Position numbers and translations under genes: made by a program. From the human T2T-CHM13v2.0 reference genome, Homo sapiens: a stretch of 64,000 nt of DNA. This document shows, piece after piece, positions 28,281 through 42,300 of this stretch; positions within the stretch are counted from its first letter, which is position 1, and each line of letters starts with the position of its first letter. A model generated the notes under the pieces. That model was not told the DNA's origin. It saw only the letters and a program-made list of their open reading frames with translations, and did not search any database. The stretch is from positions 12,256,001-12,320,000 of the forward strand of contig CP086569.2 of assembly GCA_009914755.4 (NCBI GenBank), in the 5' to 3' direction.

Positions 28281-31200
28281 GAATTCTAATTCATTCAAAT
28301 GGAATGGAATTGAATGGAATGGAATCCAATGGAATGGATAGGATTGTACTGGAATGGAATAGCATGGAATGCAACGGAGTGGAATGGAGTTGAATGAAGT
28401 GGAATGGAATCGATTGGAATGGAATCAAATGGAATGGACGGGAATGGAATGGACTGGAAGAGAACAGACTCGAATATAATGGATTGCAATGTAATTGATT
28501 CAAATGGAATGGAATCGAATGGAATGTAATAAAATTGAAGGGATTGGAGTTCAATGCAATGGAATAGAATGGAATGCAAAGGAAAGGAAAGGCACGGAGT
28601 GAAATCGAGTGCAAGGGAATCGAATGGAATGAAATGGAATGGAATGGACTCAAAAGAAATGGACGAGGGACAAAACGAAATCGAACTGATTGGAATGGAA
28701 CGGAAGGGAATGGAATGGAATGGTCTCCATTGGATGGGAGTAGAACGGATTGGAATGGAATGGAATGAAATGGAATGGAAAGGAATAGAATGGAATGGAA
28801 TGGAATGGAAGGTAATGGAAAGATATCAAACGGTTTGGAAAGGAATGGACCCTAATGGAATGGAATGGAATTCAACAGAAACGAATGGAATGGACTGGAG
28901 TGAAATGGAGTCGAATGTAATTGAGTGGAGAGGAATGGACTCGAAAGCAATGGACTCGAATAGAATGGACTGGAATGGATTGTACTCGAATGGAGTGGAA
29001 AGGAATAAAATGGATTCCACCAGATTGGAATGGAACAGAATGTAATGGAATGGAATGGAATGCAATGGAATGGCTCGAATGCAATGGAAGAGAAAGGAAA
29101 GGAATTGAATGGTATTGAAAGTAATAGAATTAAATGGAGTGCAAAGGAATGATATCGAATGGAATGGATCGAAAAGAAATAGAATGGAATGGACAGGAAT
29201 GGAATGGAATAGAATGGAATAGACTGGCGTGCAATGCAAACGAATGGAATGGAAACGAATGGAATGGAATGGAAAGGAATGGAGTAGAATAAATACAATG
29301 GAATGGAATGGAATGGAGGCGAAAGGAAAAGAATGGATTGGAGTGTCACCGAATGGAAAGATATGGAATGGAAAGGAATGGATACGAATGGAATGGAATA
29401 GAAAGGAACGGAAAGGTAAAGAATGGAATGGAATCGGATAGAATGGAATGCAATGTAATGGAGTCGAATGGAAAATAATCGAGTAGAATGATATCGAACG
29501 GAATGGAATTTAATAGAATGGAATGGAATGGAATGGACTCGAATGGAATGTACTCAAATGGATTAGAATAGAATGGAGTGGAAATAAACGTAGTGAACTC
29601 GAATGGAATGGACACTAATGGAATGGAAGAGAAAGGAATGGTATTGAATGGAATTTATTCGAATAGAATGGAATTCAACGGAATGCAACAGTGTGGCATG
29701 GAATCAAATGGAATGGAATCGAATGGCATGGACCCGAGTGGAATGGACTCACATAGAAGAGCCTCGAATGTAATGGATTACAATGTATTAGATTCGAAAG
29801 GACTGAAATCGAATGGAATGTAATCAAATAGAACGGAACTGAATGCGTGGAATGGCATAGAAAGTAATGCAATGGAATGGAATAGACTGGAAAGGAATGG
29901 AATCGGATGGAATGTAATGAAATGTAATGGAAGGAATGCCATGCAATGGAATGGAATGCAATGCAATGGGACGGTGTATAATGGAGTGCAATGGATTTCA
30001 GTGGAATGTAGTCAAAAGGAATGAAATAGAATGGAATTCAATATAATGGAATGGCATCCAATGGCAAGGGATGGAGCGGACTCCAATGGAAACATGAAAG
30101 GAATATAATATAATGGAATGGCATTGAACGAAATGGAATGCAATGGAGTTAAAAGGTAAAATATCGAATGGAAAAGAATTGTATGGACTCGAATGGAATA
30201 TAATGAAATGGAATGGACTCGAATGGAATGTACTAGAGTTGAATGGAATCAAAAGGAATTTAAAACAATGGAAAGGAAAGGAAGGGAATTGAAAGGAACG
30301 GAATAGAATGGAACGGAATCGGATGGAACGGAATTGAATGGAATGGAAACTAAAGGAATAGAATAGAAAGGAATGCCATTGAATGGAATGGAATGGAATA
30401 AGATGGAACAGAATGGAATGGAATAGAATTGAATGGAATGGCATCGAATGGATTGGAATGGAATGTAATGGAATGGAATGGAAAGGAACGGAATGGACTC
30501 GAATGGAATGTACTGAAATGGAATAGAATAGAATGGAATGGAAGTAAATATAATGGACTCGAGTGGAATGGATTGGAATAAATTGGAATTGAATGTATTG
30601 GATTCGAATGGAAAGGAATGGAATGGAATGGAATGGAATGGAATGGAATGGAATGGAATGGAATGGATTCGAATGGAATGGAACGAATTGGAATGTAATT
30701 GAATGGAGTCGAAAACAGTAGAAAGAAAAGAAGTTTAATCGAATGATATAGAATGGAATTGAATGGAATGTACGCGAATGGAATGGACTGGAATGGAATG
30801 GAGTGACATGTAATGGAATCGAAAGGAATGGAATCGAATGAAATGGAATTGAATGGAATAGAAAGGAATAGAATGGAATGGAGTTTAATGGAAAGATATT
30901 AAAAGTAATGGAATGGAAATGAGTGGACACAAATGGAATGGACTGGAATGGAAAGGACTCGAATGAAATGGAGCGCATTAGAATGGACTCGAATGGAATG
31001 GATTGGAGTGGAATGGCCTCCAATGGATTGGAAACTAATGTAACGGAAAGGAATAGAATGGAATGTAATCAACTGGAAAGAAATGTAATGGAATGGGTTC
31101 AACTGGAACAGAATTGAATGGAGTGGAATTGAATGGAATGGAATGCAATCGAATGGAATGCACACGAATGGAATAGAATGAAATGAAATGGCATAGAATG

Positions 31201-33840
31201 GAATGGAATGGAATGAAATGGAATGGAATGGAATGGAATGGAATGGAATGGCATGGAATAGAATGGAATGGTATGGAATGAAATGGATTGGAATGGGATG
31301 TTCCCAAAAGTAATGGACTCAAATAAAAGGGACTCAAATAGAATGAATTGGAAAGAAACGGTCTCGAATGTAATTTATTCGAATAGAATGATATTGAATG
31401 GAATGCAATAATATGGAATGGTATCGAATAGAATGGAATAGAATGGAATGGAATGGAACGGTATGGAGTGCATTTGAACGGACGCCAATGCAATAAATTG
31501 CAATATAATTGATTCAAATGGAATGGAATCGAATAGAATGTAAACAAATGGAATGGAAGGCAATGCAATGGAAAGGAATCGAATGAAATGGAATAAATGG
31601 GATGGAATCGAATGGAAAGGACGCGAATGTAATGGACTGTTAAGGAAAGGCCTCGAATCGAATTTATTCCGATAGAATGGAATCGAATGGAATGCAATAC
31701 TATTGAATCGAATCAAATGGAATGGAATTGAATGGAATGGACAGGAATGGAATGAACTGGAAGTGAATGGACAAGAACGTAATATAGTGCAATGTAATTT
31801 ATTCAAATGGAATGGAATACAATCGAATGGAATGCACTCGATTGGAATGGACTGGAGTGGAATGGACTGAAATGGAATGGAAACGAATGTAATGGAATGG
31901 AACGGAAAGCAAAGGAATCTACTGTAATAGAAACGAACGGAACACAAAGGAATGGAATGGAATGGAGTGGAATGGACTCGAATGGAATGTATTCGAATGC
32001 AATGGACCGGAAAGGAATGGAATCCAATGGAATGGAATTGAATGGAATCAAAAGGAATAGAAAGGAATAGAATGTAATTGAATGATATCGAATGGAAGGG
32101 AATGGAATGAAGTCGAATGGAATGCACTGGAATGGAATGGACACGATCAGAACGGACTGGGGAGGAATGTACACAAATGGAATGGAAACGAATGGAATGG
32201 AATGAAAAGGAATGGAATGAAATGGAATTGAAAGGAACGGAATGAAATGGAATGGAATGGAATGGAATGGATTGGAATAGAATGGATTCAAATAAAATAG
32301 AATCGATTGGAATGCTATTGAATGGAAGGGACTTGAATGGAATGGAAAGCAATGGAAGATATTCGAATTGAATGGCATCGAATGAAATGGAATGGAACGC
32401 AATGGAACGGACCCGAATGGAATGGAATGGACTCAAATGTAATGGACTCGAATGGAATCGACTGAAATATAATAGACTCGAATGGAATGGCCTCGAGCGG
32501 AATTTATTTGAATAGAATGGAATCAAATGGAATACAATAGTATTGAATGGAATAGAATGGAATGGAATCGAATGGAATGTAATCCAATGGAATGGAACGG
32601 AATTCAATATAATGGAGTAGAATGGAATGCATTGGAAAGCAGCAGAGTGGAATCGAGTGGAATGGAATCGAGTGGAATGGAATCAAAGGGAACGAAATCG
32701 AATTGAATGGACTTGAATGGAATTGACTCGAAAGGAATTGACTCGAAAGGAATGGACTGGAACAAAAAGGAATCAAATGGACAGGAATGGAATGGAATGG
32801 ACTCGAATGGAATGGAGTCAAATGCAAACGCATCGAATGGAATGGATTCAAATGGAATGCAATTGAATGGAATAGAAAGGAAGAGAATGGAATTGAGAGT
32901 AATGGAAAGATATGGATTGGAATGAAATGGAATGGAAAGGAATTGAATGGAAAGGAATGGACTCGAAAGAAATGGATTGGAATGGAATGGTCTCCAATGG
33001 AATGGACTGGAGTGGAATGGAATCGAATGGAATGAAAAGAATGGAACGGAATGGAACGGAAAGGAATAGAAAGTTATGGGATCCGATGGGACAGAATGGA
33101 ATGGAATGGACTTTCATGAAATGGAGTCGAATAGAGTGGCATCAAAAGGAATGGAATGGAATGGAGTGGACTCAAAAGGAATGGACTCAAAAGGAATGGA
33201 GTCGAACCAAATTGAATCAAATGGATTGGAGTCGAACAGAACGGAATGGAATGGAATGAACTCGACTGGAGCAGAGAGGAATGTAAAGGAATAGAATGGA
33301 ATGTAATCAAATGGATTGCAAGCGAATGGAATCAAAAATAATAGAAAGGAATGGAGTGTAAAGGGATGATATTGAATAAAATGGAATGGAATGGAATTTA
33401 ATGGAATGGAGTCGAAGGAATGGACAGGAATGTAATGGACTCCAATGGAATGGAATGGATGAAAATGGATTTGAACAGATTGGTATCGAACGGAATGGAA
33501 TGCAGTGGAATGGAATGGACTCGAATGGAGAAGAGACAAATGGTAGGGAAACGAATTCAATGGAATTGAAAAGAATAGAATGGAATGGCGTGTAATGGTA
33601 AGATACTAAATGGAATGGAATTGAATGGAATGTAATGGAATGGAACCAAATGTAATGCACTCAAATGGAATATACTCAAATAGAATGGAATCGAAAGGAA
33701 AGGTCTCCAATGGAATTTATTCAATACAATGGAATCAAAAGAAATGCAATAGAAAGAAAAGGAATCGAATGTAATGGAATCAAATAGTATGGACCAGAAT
33801 GGAATGGACTGCCATAGAACGGACTGCAGTGTAATGGATT
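28281..33840 (+). repeat. HOR unit 6, 5560 bp.
   Basis: Landmark periodicity. Confidence 0.88.
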
Positions 33841-36800
33841 GAATTCTAATTCATTCAAATGGAATGGAATTGAATGGAATGGAATCCAATGGAATGGATA
33901 GGATTGTACTGGAATGGAATAGCATGGAATGCAACGGAGTGGAATGGAGTTGAATGAAGTGGAATGGAATCGATTGGAATGGAATCAAATGGAATGGACG
34001 GGAATGGAATGGACTGGAAGAGAACAGACTCCAATATAATGGATTGCAATGTAATTGATTCAAATGGAATGGAATCGAATGGAATGTCATAAAATTGAAG
34101 GGATTGGAGTTCAATGCAATGGAATAGAATGGAATGCAAAGGAAAGAAAAGGCACGGAGTGAAATCGAGTGTAATGGAATCGAATGGAATGAAATCGAAT
34201 GGAATGGACTCAAAAGAAATGGACGAGGGACAAAACGGAATCGAACTGATTGGAATGGAACGGAAGGGAATGGAATGGAATGGTCTCCATTGGATGGGAG
34301 TAGAACGGATTGGAATGGAATGGAATGAAATGGAATGGAAAGGAATAGAATGGAATGGAATGGATTGGAAGGTAATGGAAAGATATCAAACGGATTGGAA
34401 AGGAATGGAATGGACCCTAATGGAATGGAATGGAATTCAAAAGAAACGAACGGAATGGACTGGAGTGAAATGGAGTCGAATGTAATTGAGTGGAGAGGAA
34501 TGGACTCGAAAGGAATGGACTCGAATAGAATGGACTGGAATGGATTGTACTCGAATGGAGTGGAAAGGAATAAAATGGATTCCACCAGATTGGAATGGAA
34601 CAGAATGTAATGGAATGGAATGGAATGCAATGGAATGGCTCGAATGCAATGGAAGAGAAAGGAAAGGAATTGAATGGTATTGAAAGTAATAGAATTAAAT
34701 GGAGTGAAAAGGAAAGATATCGAATGGAATGGATCGAAAAGAAATAGAATGGAATGGACAGGAATGGAATGGAATAGAATGGAATAGACTGGCGTGCAAT
34801 GCAAACGAATGGAATGGAAACGAATGGAATGGAATGGAAAGGAATGGAGTAGAATAAATACAATGGAATGGAATGGAATGGAGGCGAAAGGAAAAGAATG
34901 GATTGGAGTGTCACCGAATGGAAAGATATGGAATGGAAAGGAATGGATACGAATGGAATGGAATAGAAAGGAACGGAAAGGTAAAGAATGGAATGGAATC
35001 GGATAGAATGGAATGCAATGTAATGGAGTCGAATGGAAAATAATCGAGTAGAATGATATCGAACGGAATGGAATTTAATAGAATGGAATGGAATGGAATG
35101 GACTCGAATGGAATGTACTCAAATGGATTAGAATAGAATGGAGTGGAAATAAACGTAGTGAACTCGAATGGAATGGACACTAATAGAATGGAAGAGAAAG
35201 GAATGGTATTGAATGGAATTTATTCGAATAGAATGGAATTCAACGGAATGCAACAGTGTGGCATGGAATCAAATGGAATGGAATCGAATGGCATGGACCC
35301 GAGTGGAATGGACTCACATAGAAGAGCCTCGAATGTAATGGATTACAATGTATTAGATTCGAAAGGACTGAAATCGAATGGAATGTAATCAAATAGAACG
35401 GAACTGAATGCGTGGAATGGCATAGAAAGTAATGCAATGGAATGGAATAGACTGGAAAGGAATGGAATCGGATGGAATGTAATGAAATGTAATGGAAGGA
35501 ATGCCATGCAATGGAATGGAATGCAATGCAATGGGACGGTGTATAATGGAGTGCAATGGATTTCAGTGGAATGTAGTGAAAAGGAATGAAATAGAATGGG
35601 ATTCAATATAATGGAATGGCATCCAATGGCAAGGGATGGAGCGGACTCCAATGGAAACATGAAAGGAATATAATATAATGGAATGGCATTGAACGAAATG
35701 GAATGCAATGGAGTTAAAAGGTAAAATATCGAATGGAAAAGAATTGTATGGACTCGAATGGAATATAATGAAATGGAATGGACTCGAATGGAATGTAATA
35801 GAGTTGAATGGAATCGAAAGGAATTTAAAACAATGGAAAGGAAAGGAAGGGAATTGAAAGGAACGGAATAGAATGGAACGGAATCGGATGGAATGGAATT
35901 GAATGGAATGGAAACTAAAGGAATAGAATAGAAAGGAATGCCATTGAATGGAATGGAATGGAATAAGATGGAACAGAATGGAATGGAATAGAATTGAATG
36001 GAATGGCATCAAATGGATTGGAATGGAATGTAATGGAATGGAATGGAAAGGAATGGAATGGACTCGAATGGAATGTACTGAAATGGAATAGAATAGAATG
36101 GAATGGAAGTAAATATAATGGACTCGAGTGGAATGGATTGGAATAAATTGGAATTGAATGTATTGGATTCGAATGGAAAGGAATGGAATGGAATGGAATG
36201 GAATGGAATGGAATGGAATGGAATGGAATGAAATGGATTCGAATGGAATGGAACGAATTGGAATGTAATTGAATGGAGTCGAAAGCAGTAGAAAGAAAAG
36301 AAGTTTAATCAAATGATATCGAATGGAATTGAATGGAATGTACGCGAATGGAATGGACTGGAATGGAATGGAGTGACATGTAATGGAATCGAAAGGAATG
36401 GAATCGAATGAAATGGAATTGAATGGAATAGAAAGGAATAGAATGGAATGGAGTTTAATGGAAAGATATTAAAAGTAATGGAATGGAATTGAGTGGACAC
36501 AAATGGAATGGACTGGAATGGAAAGGACTCGAATGAAATGGAGCGCATTAGAATGGACTCGAATGGAATGGATTGGAGTGGAATGGTCTCGAATGGATTG
36601 GAAACGAATGTAATGGAAAGGAATAGAATGGAATGTAATCAACTGGAAAGAAATGTAATGGAATGGGTTCAACTGGAACAGAATTGAATGGAGTGGAATT
36701 GAATGGAATGGAATGCAATCGAATGGAATGCACACGAATGGAATAGAATGAAATGAAATGGCATAGAATGGAATGGAATGGAATGAAATGGAATGGAATT

Positions 36801-39380
36801 GAATGGAATGGAATGGAATGGAATGGAATGGAATGGTATGGAATGAAATGGATTGGAATGGGATGTTCCCAAAAGTAATGGACTCAAATAAAAGGGACTC
36901 AAATAGAATGAATTGGAAAGAAACGGTCTCGAATGTAATTTATTCGAATAGAATGATATTGAATGGAATGCAATAATATGGAATGGTATCGAATAGAATG
37001 GAATAGAATGGAATGGAATGGAACGGTATGGAGTGCATTTGAACGGACTCCAATGCAATAAATTGCAATATAATTGATTCAAATGGAATGGAATCGAATA
37101 GAATGTAAACAAATGCAATGGAAGGCAATGCAATGGAAAGGAATCGAATGAAATGGAATAAATGGGATGGAATCGAATGGAAAGGACGCGAATGTAATGG
37201 ACTGTTAAGGAAAGGCCTCGAATCGAATTTATTCCGATAGAATGGAATCGAATGGAATGCAATACTATTGAATCGAATCAAATGGAATGGAATTGAATGG
37301 AATGGACAGGAATGGAATGAACTGGAAGTGAATGGACAAGAACGTAATATAGTGCAATGTAATTTATTCAAATGGAATGGAATGCAATCGAATGGAATGG
37401 ACTCGATTGGAATGGACTGGAGTGGAATGGACTGAAATGGAATGGAAACGAATGTAATGGAATGGAACGGAAAGCAAAGGAATCTACTGTAATAGAATCG
37501 AACGGAACAGAAAGGAATGGAATGGAATGGAGTGGAATGGACTCGAATGGAATGTATTCGAATGTAATGGACTGGAAAGGAATGGAATCCAATGGAATGG
37601 AATTGAATGGAATCAAAAGGAATAGAAAGGAATAGAGTGTAATTGAATGATATCGAATGGAAGGGAATGGGATGAAGTCGAATGGAATGCACTGGAATGG
37701 AATGGACACGATCAGAACGGACTGGAGAGGAATGTACACAAATGGAATGGAAACGAATGGAATGGAATGAAAAGGAATGGAATGAAATGGAATTGAAAGG
37801 AACGGAATGAAATGGAATGGAATGGATTGGAATAGAATGGATTCAAATAAAATAGAATCGATTGGAATGGTATTGAATGGAAGGGACTTGAATGGAATGG
37901 AAAGCAATGGAAGATATTCGAATTGAATGGCATCGAATGAAATGGAATGGAACGCAATGGAACGGACCCGAATGGAATGGAATGGACTCAAATGTAATGG
38001 ACTCGAATGGAATCGACTGAAATATAATAGACTCGAATGGAATGGCCTCGAGCGGAATTTATTTGAATAGAATGGAATCAAATGGAATGCAATAGTATTG
38101 AATGGAATAGAATGGAATGGAATCGAATGGAATGTAATCCAATGGAATGCAGCGGAATTCAATATAATGGAGTAGAATGGAATGCATTGGAAAGCAGCAG
38201 AGTGGAATCGAGTGGAATGGAATCGAGTGGAATGGAATCAAAGGGAACGAAATCGAATTGAATGGACTTGAATGGAATTGACTCGAAAGGAATTGACTCG
38301 AAAGGAATGGACTGGAAAAAAAAGGAATGAAATGGACAGGAATGGAATGGAATGGACTCGAATGGAATGGAGTCAAATGCAAACGCATCGAATGGAATGG
38401 ATTCAAATGGAATGCAATTGAATGGAATAGAAAGGAAGAGAATGGAATTGAGAGTAATGGAAAGATATGGATTGGAATGAAATGGAATGGAAAGGAATTG
38501 AATGGAAAGGAATGGACTCGAAAGAAATGGATTGGAATGGAATGGTCTCCAATGGAATGGACTGGAGTGGAATGGAATCGAATGGAATGAAAAGAATGGA
38601 ACGGAATGGAACGGAAAGGAATAGAAAGTTATGGAATCCGATGGGACAGAATGGAATGGAATGGACTTTCATGAAATGGAGTCGAATAGAGTGGCATCAA
38701 AAGGAATGGAATGGAATGGAGTGGACTCAAAAGGAATGGAGTCGAACCAAATTGAATCAAATGGATTGGTGTCGAACAGAACGGAATGGAATGGAATGAA
38801 CTCGACTGGAGTAGTGAGGAATGTAAAGGAATAGAATGGAATGTAATCAAATGGATTGCAAGCGAATGGAATCAAAAATAATAGAAAGGAATCGAGTGTA
38901 AAGGGTTGATATTGAATAAAATGGAATGGAATGGAATTTAATGGAATGGAGTCGAAGGAATGGACAGGAATGTAATGGACTCCAATGGAATGGAATGGAT
39001 GAAAATGGATTTGAACAGATTGGTATCGAACGGAATGGAATGCAGTGGAATGGAATGGACTCGAATGCAGAAGAGACAAATGGAATGGAAACGAATTCAA
39101 TGGAATTGAAAAGAATAGAATGGAATGGCGTGTAATGGTAAGATACTAAATGGAATGGAATTGAATGGAATGTAATGGAATGGAACCAAATGTAATGCAC
39201 TCAAATGGAATATACTCAAATAGAATGGAATCGAAAGGAAAGGTCTCCAATGGAATTTATTCAATACAATGGAATGAAAAGAAATGCAATAGAAAGAAAG
39301 GGAATCGAATGTAATGGAATCAAATAGTATGGACCAGAATGGAATGGACTGCCATAGAACGGACTGCAGTGTAATGGATT
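33841..39380 (+). repeat. HOR unit 7, 5540 bp. Shares a private haplotype with unit 4.
   Basis: Landmark periodicity. Variants at 35570-35610 and 36280-36320 are the same as in unit 4 at 18880-18920 and 19580-19630. Confidence 0.88.
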
Positions 39381-42300
39381 GAATTCTAATTCATTCAAAT
39401 GGAATGGAATTGAATGGAATGGAATCCAATGGAATGGATAGGATTGTACTGGAATGGAATAGCATGGAATGCAACGGAGTGGAATGGAGTTGAATGAAGT
39501 GGAATGGAATCGATTGGAATGGAATCAAATGGAATGGACGGGAATGGAATGGACTGGAAGAGAACAGACTCGAATATAATGGATTGCAATGTAATTGATT
39601 CAAATGGAATGGAATCGAATGGAATGTAATAAAATTGAAGGGATTGGAGTTCAATGCAATGGAATAGAATGGAATGCAAAGGAAAGGAAAGGCACGGAGT
39701 GAAATCGAGTGCAATGGAATCGAATGGAATGAAATCGAATGGAATGGACTCAAAAGAAATGGACGAGGGACAAAACGGAATCGAACTGATTGGAATGGAA
39801 CGGAAGGGAATGGAATGGAATGGTCTCCATTGGATGGGAGTAGAACGGATTGGAATGGAATGGAATGAAATGGAATGGAAAGGAATAGAATGGAATGGAA
39901 TGGAATGGAAGGTAATGGAAAGATATCAAACGGATTGGAAAGGAATGGAATGGACCCTAATGGAATGGAATGGAATTCAACAGAAACGAATGGAATGGAC
40001 TGGAGTGAAATGGAGTCGAATGTAATTGAGTGGAGAGGAATGGACTCGAAAGGAATGGACTCGAAAAGAATGGACTGGAATGGATTGTACTCGAATGGAG
40101 TGAAAGGAATAAAATGGATTCCACCAGATTGGAATGGAACAGAATGTAATGGAATGGAGTGGAATGCAATGGAATGGCTCGAATGCAATGGAAGAGAAAG
40201 GAAAGGAATTGAATGGTATTGAAAGTAATAGAATTAAATGGAGTGCAAAGGAAAGATATCGAATGGAATGGATCGAAAAGAAATAGAATGGAATGGACAG
40301 GAATGGAATGGAATAGAATGGAATAGACTGGCGTGCAATGCAAACGAATGGAATGGAAACGAATGGAATGGAATGGAAAGGAATGGAGTAGAATAAATAC
40401 AATGGAATGGAATGGAATGGAGGCGAAAGAAAAGAATGGATTGGAGTGTCACCGAATGGAAAGATATGGAATGGAAAGGAATGGATACGAATGGAATGGA
40501 ATAGAAAGGAACGGAAAGGTAAAGAATGGAATGGAATCGGATAGAATGGAATGCAATGTAATGGAGTCGAATGGAAAATAATCGAGTAGAATGATATCGA
40601 ACGGAATGGAATTTAATAGAATGGAATGGAATGGAATGGACTCGAATGGAATGTACTCAAATGGATTAGAATAGAATGGAGTGGAAATAAACGTAGTGAA
40701 CTCGAATGGAATGGACACTAATAGAATGGAAGAGAAAGGAATGGTATTGAATGGAATTTATTCGAATAGAATGGAATTCAACGGAATGCAACAGTGTGGC
40801 ATGGAATCAAATGGAATGGAATCGAATGGCATGGACCCGAGTGGAATGGACTCACATAGAAGAGCCTCGAATGTAATAGATTACAATGTATTAGATTCGA
40901 AAGGACTGAAATCGAATGGAATGTAATCAAGTAGAACGGAACTGAATGCGTGGAATGGCATAGAAAGTAATGCAAAGGAATGGAATAGACTGGAAAGGAA
41001 TGGAATCGGATGGAATGTAATGAAATGTAATGGAAGGAATGCCATGCAATGGAATGGAATGCAATGCAATGGGACGGTGTATAATGGAGTGCAATGGATT
41101 TCAGTGGAATGTAGTCAAAAGGAATGAAATAGAATGGAATTCAATATAATGGAATGGCATCCAATGGCAAAGGATGGAGCGGACTCCAATGGAAACATGA
41201 AAGGAATATAATATAATGGAATGGCATTGAACGAAATGGAATGCAATGGAGTTAAAAGGTAAAATATCGAATGGAAAAGAATTGTATGGACTCGAATGGA
41301 ATATAATGAAATGGAATGGACTCGAAAGGAATGTACTAGAGTTGAATGGAATCGAAAGGAATTTAAAACAATGGAAAGGAAAGGAAGGGAATTGAAAGGA
41401 ACGGAATAGAATGGAATGGAATCGGATGGAACGGAATTGAATGGAATGGAAACTAAAGGAATAGAATAGAAAGGAATGCCATTGAATGGAATGGAATGGA
41501 ATGGAATGGAATAAGATGGAACAGAATGGAATGGAATAGAATTGAATGGAATGGCATCGAATGGATTGGAATGGAATGTAATGGAATGGAATGGAAAGGA
41601 ATGGAATGGACTCGAATGGAATGTACAGAAATGGAATAGAATAGAATGGAATGGAAGTAAATATAATGGACTCGAGTGGAATGGATTGGAATAAATTGGA
41701 ATTGAATGTATTGGATTCGAATGGAAAGGAATGGAATGGAATGGAATGGAATGGAATGGAATGGAATGGAATGCAATGGAATGGAATGGATTCGAATGGA
41801 ATGGAACGAATTGGAATGTAATTGAATGGAGTCGAAAACAGTAGAAAGAAGAGAAGTTTAATCGAATGATATAGAATGGAATTGAATGGAATGTACGCGA
41901 ATGGAATGGATTGGAATGGAATGGAGTGACATGTAATGGAATCGAAAGGAATGGAATCGAATGAAATGGAATTGAATGGAATAGAGAGGAATAGAATGGA
42001 ATGGAGTTTAATGGAAAGATATTAAAAGTAATGGAATGGAATTGAGTGGACACAAATGGAATGGACTGGAATGGAAAGGACTCGAATGAAATGGACCGCA
42101 TTAGAATGGACTCGAATGGAATGGATTGGAGTGGAATGGTCTCTAATGGATTGGAAACGAATGGAATGGAAAGGAATAGAATGGAATGTAATCAACTGGA
42201 AAGAAATGTAATGGAATGCGTTCAACTGGAACAGAATTGAATGGAGTGGAATTGAATGGAATGGAATGCAATCGAATGGAATGCACACGAATGGAATAGA

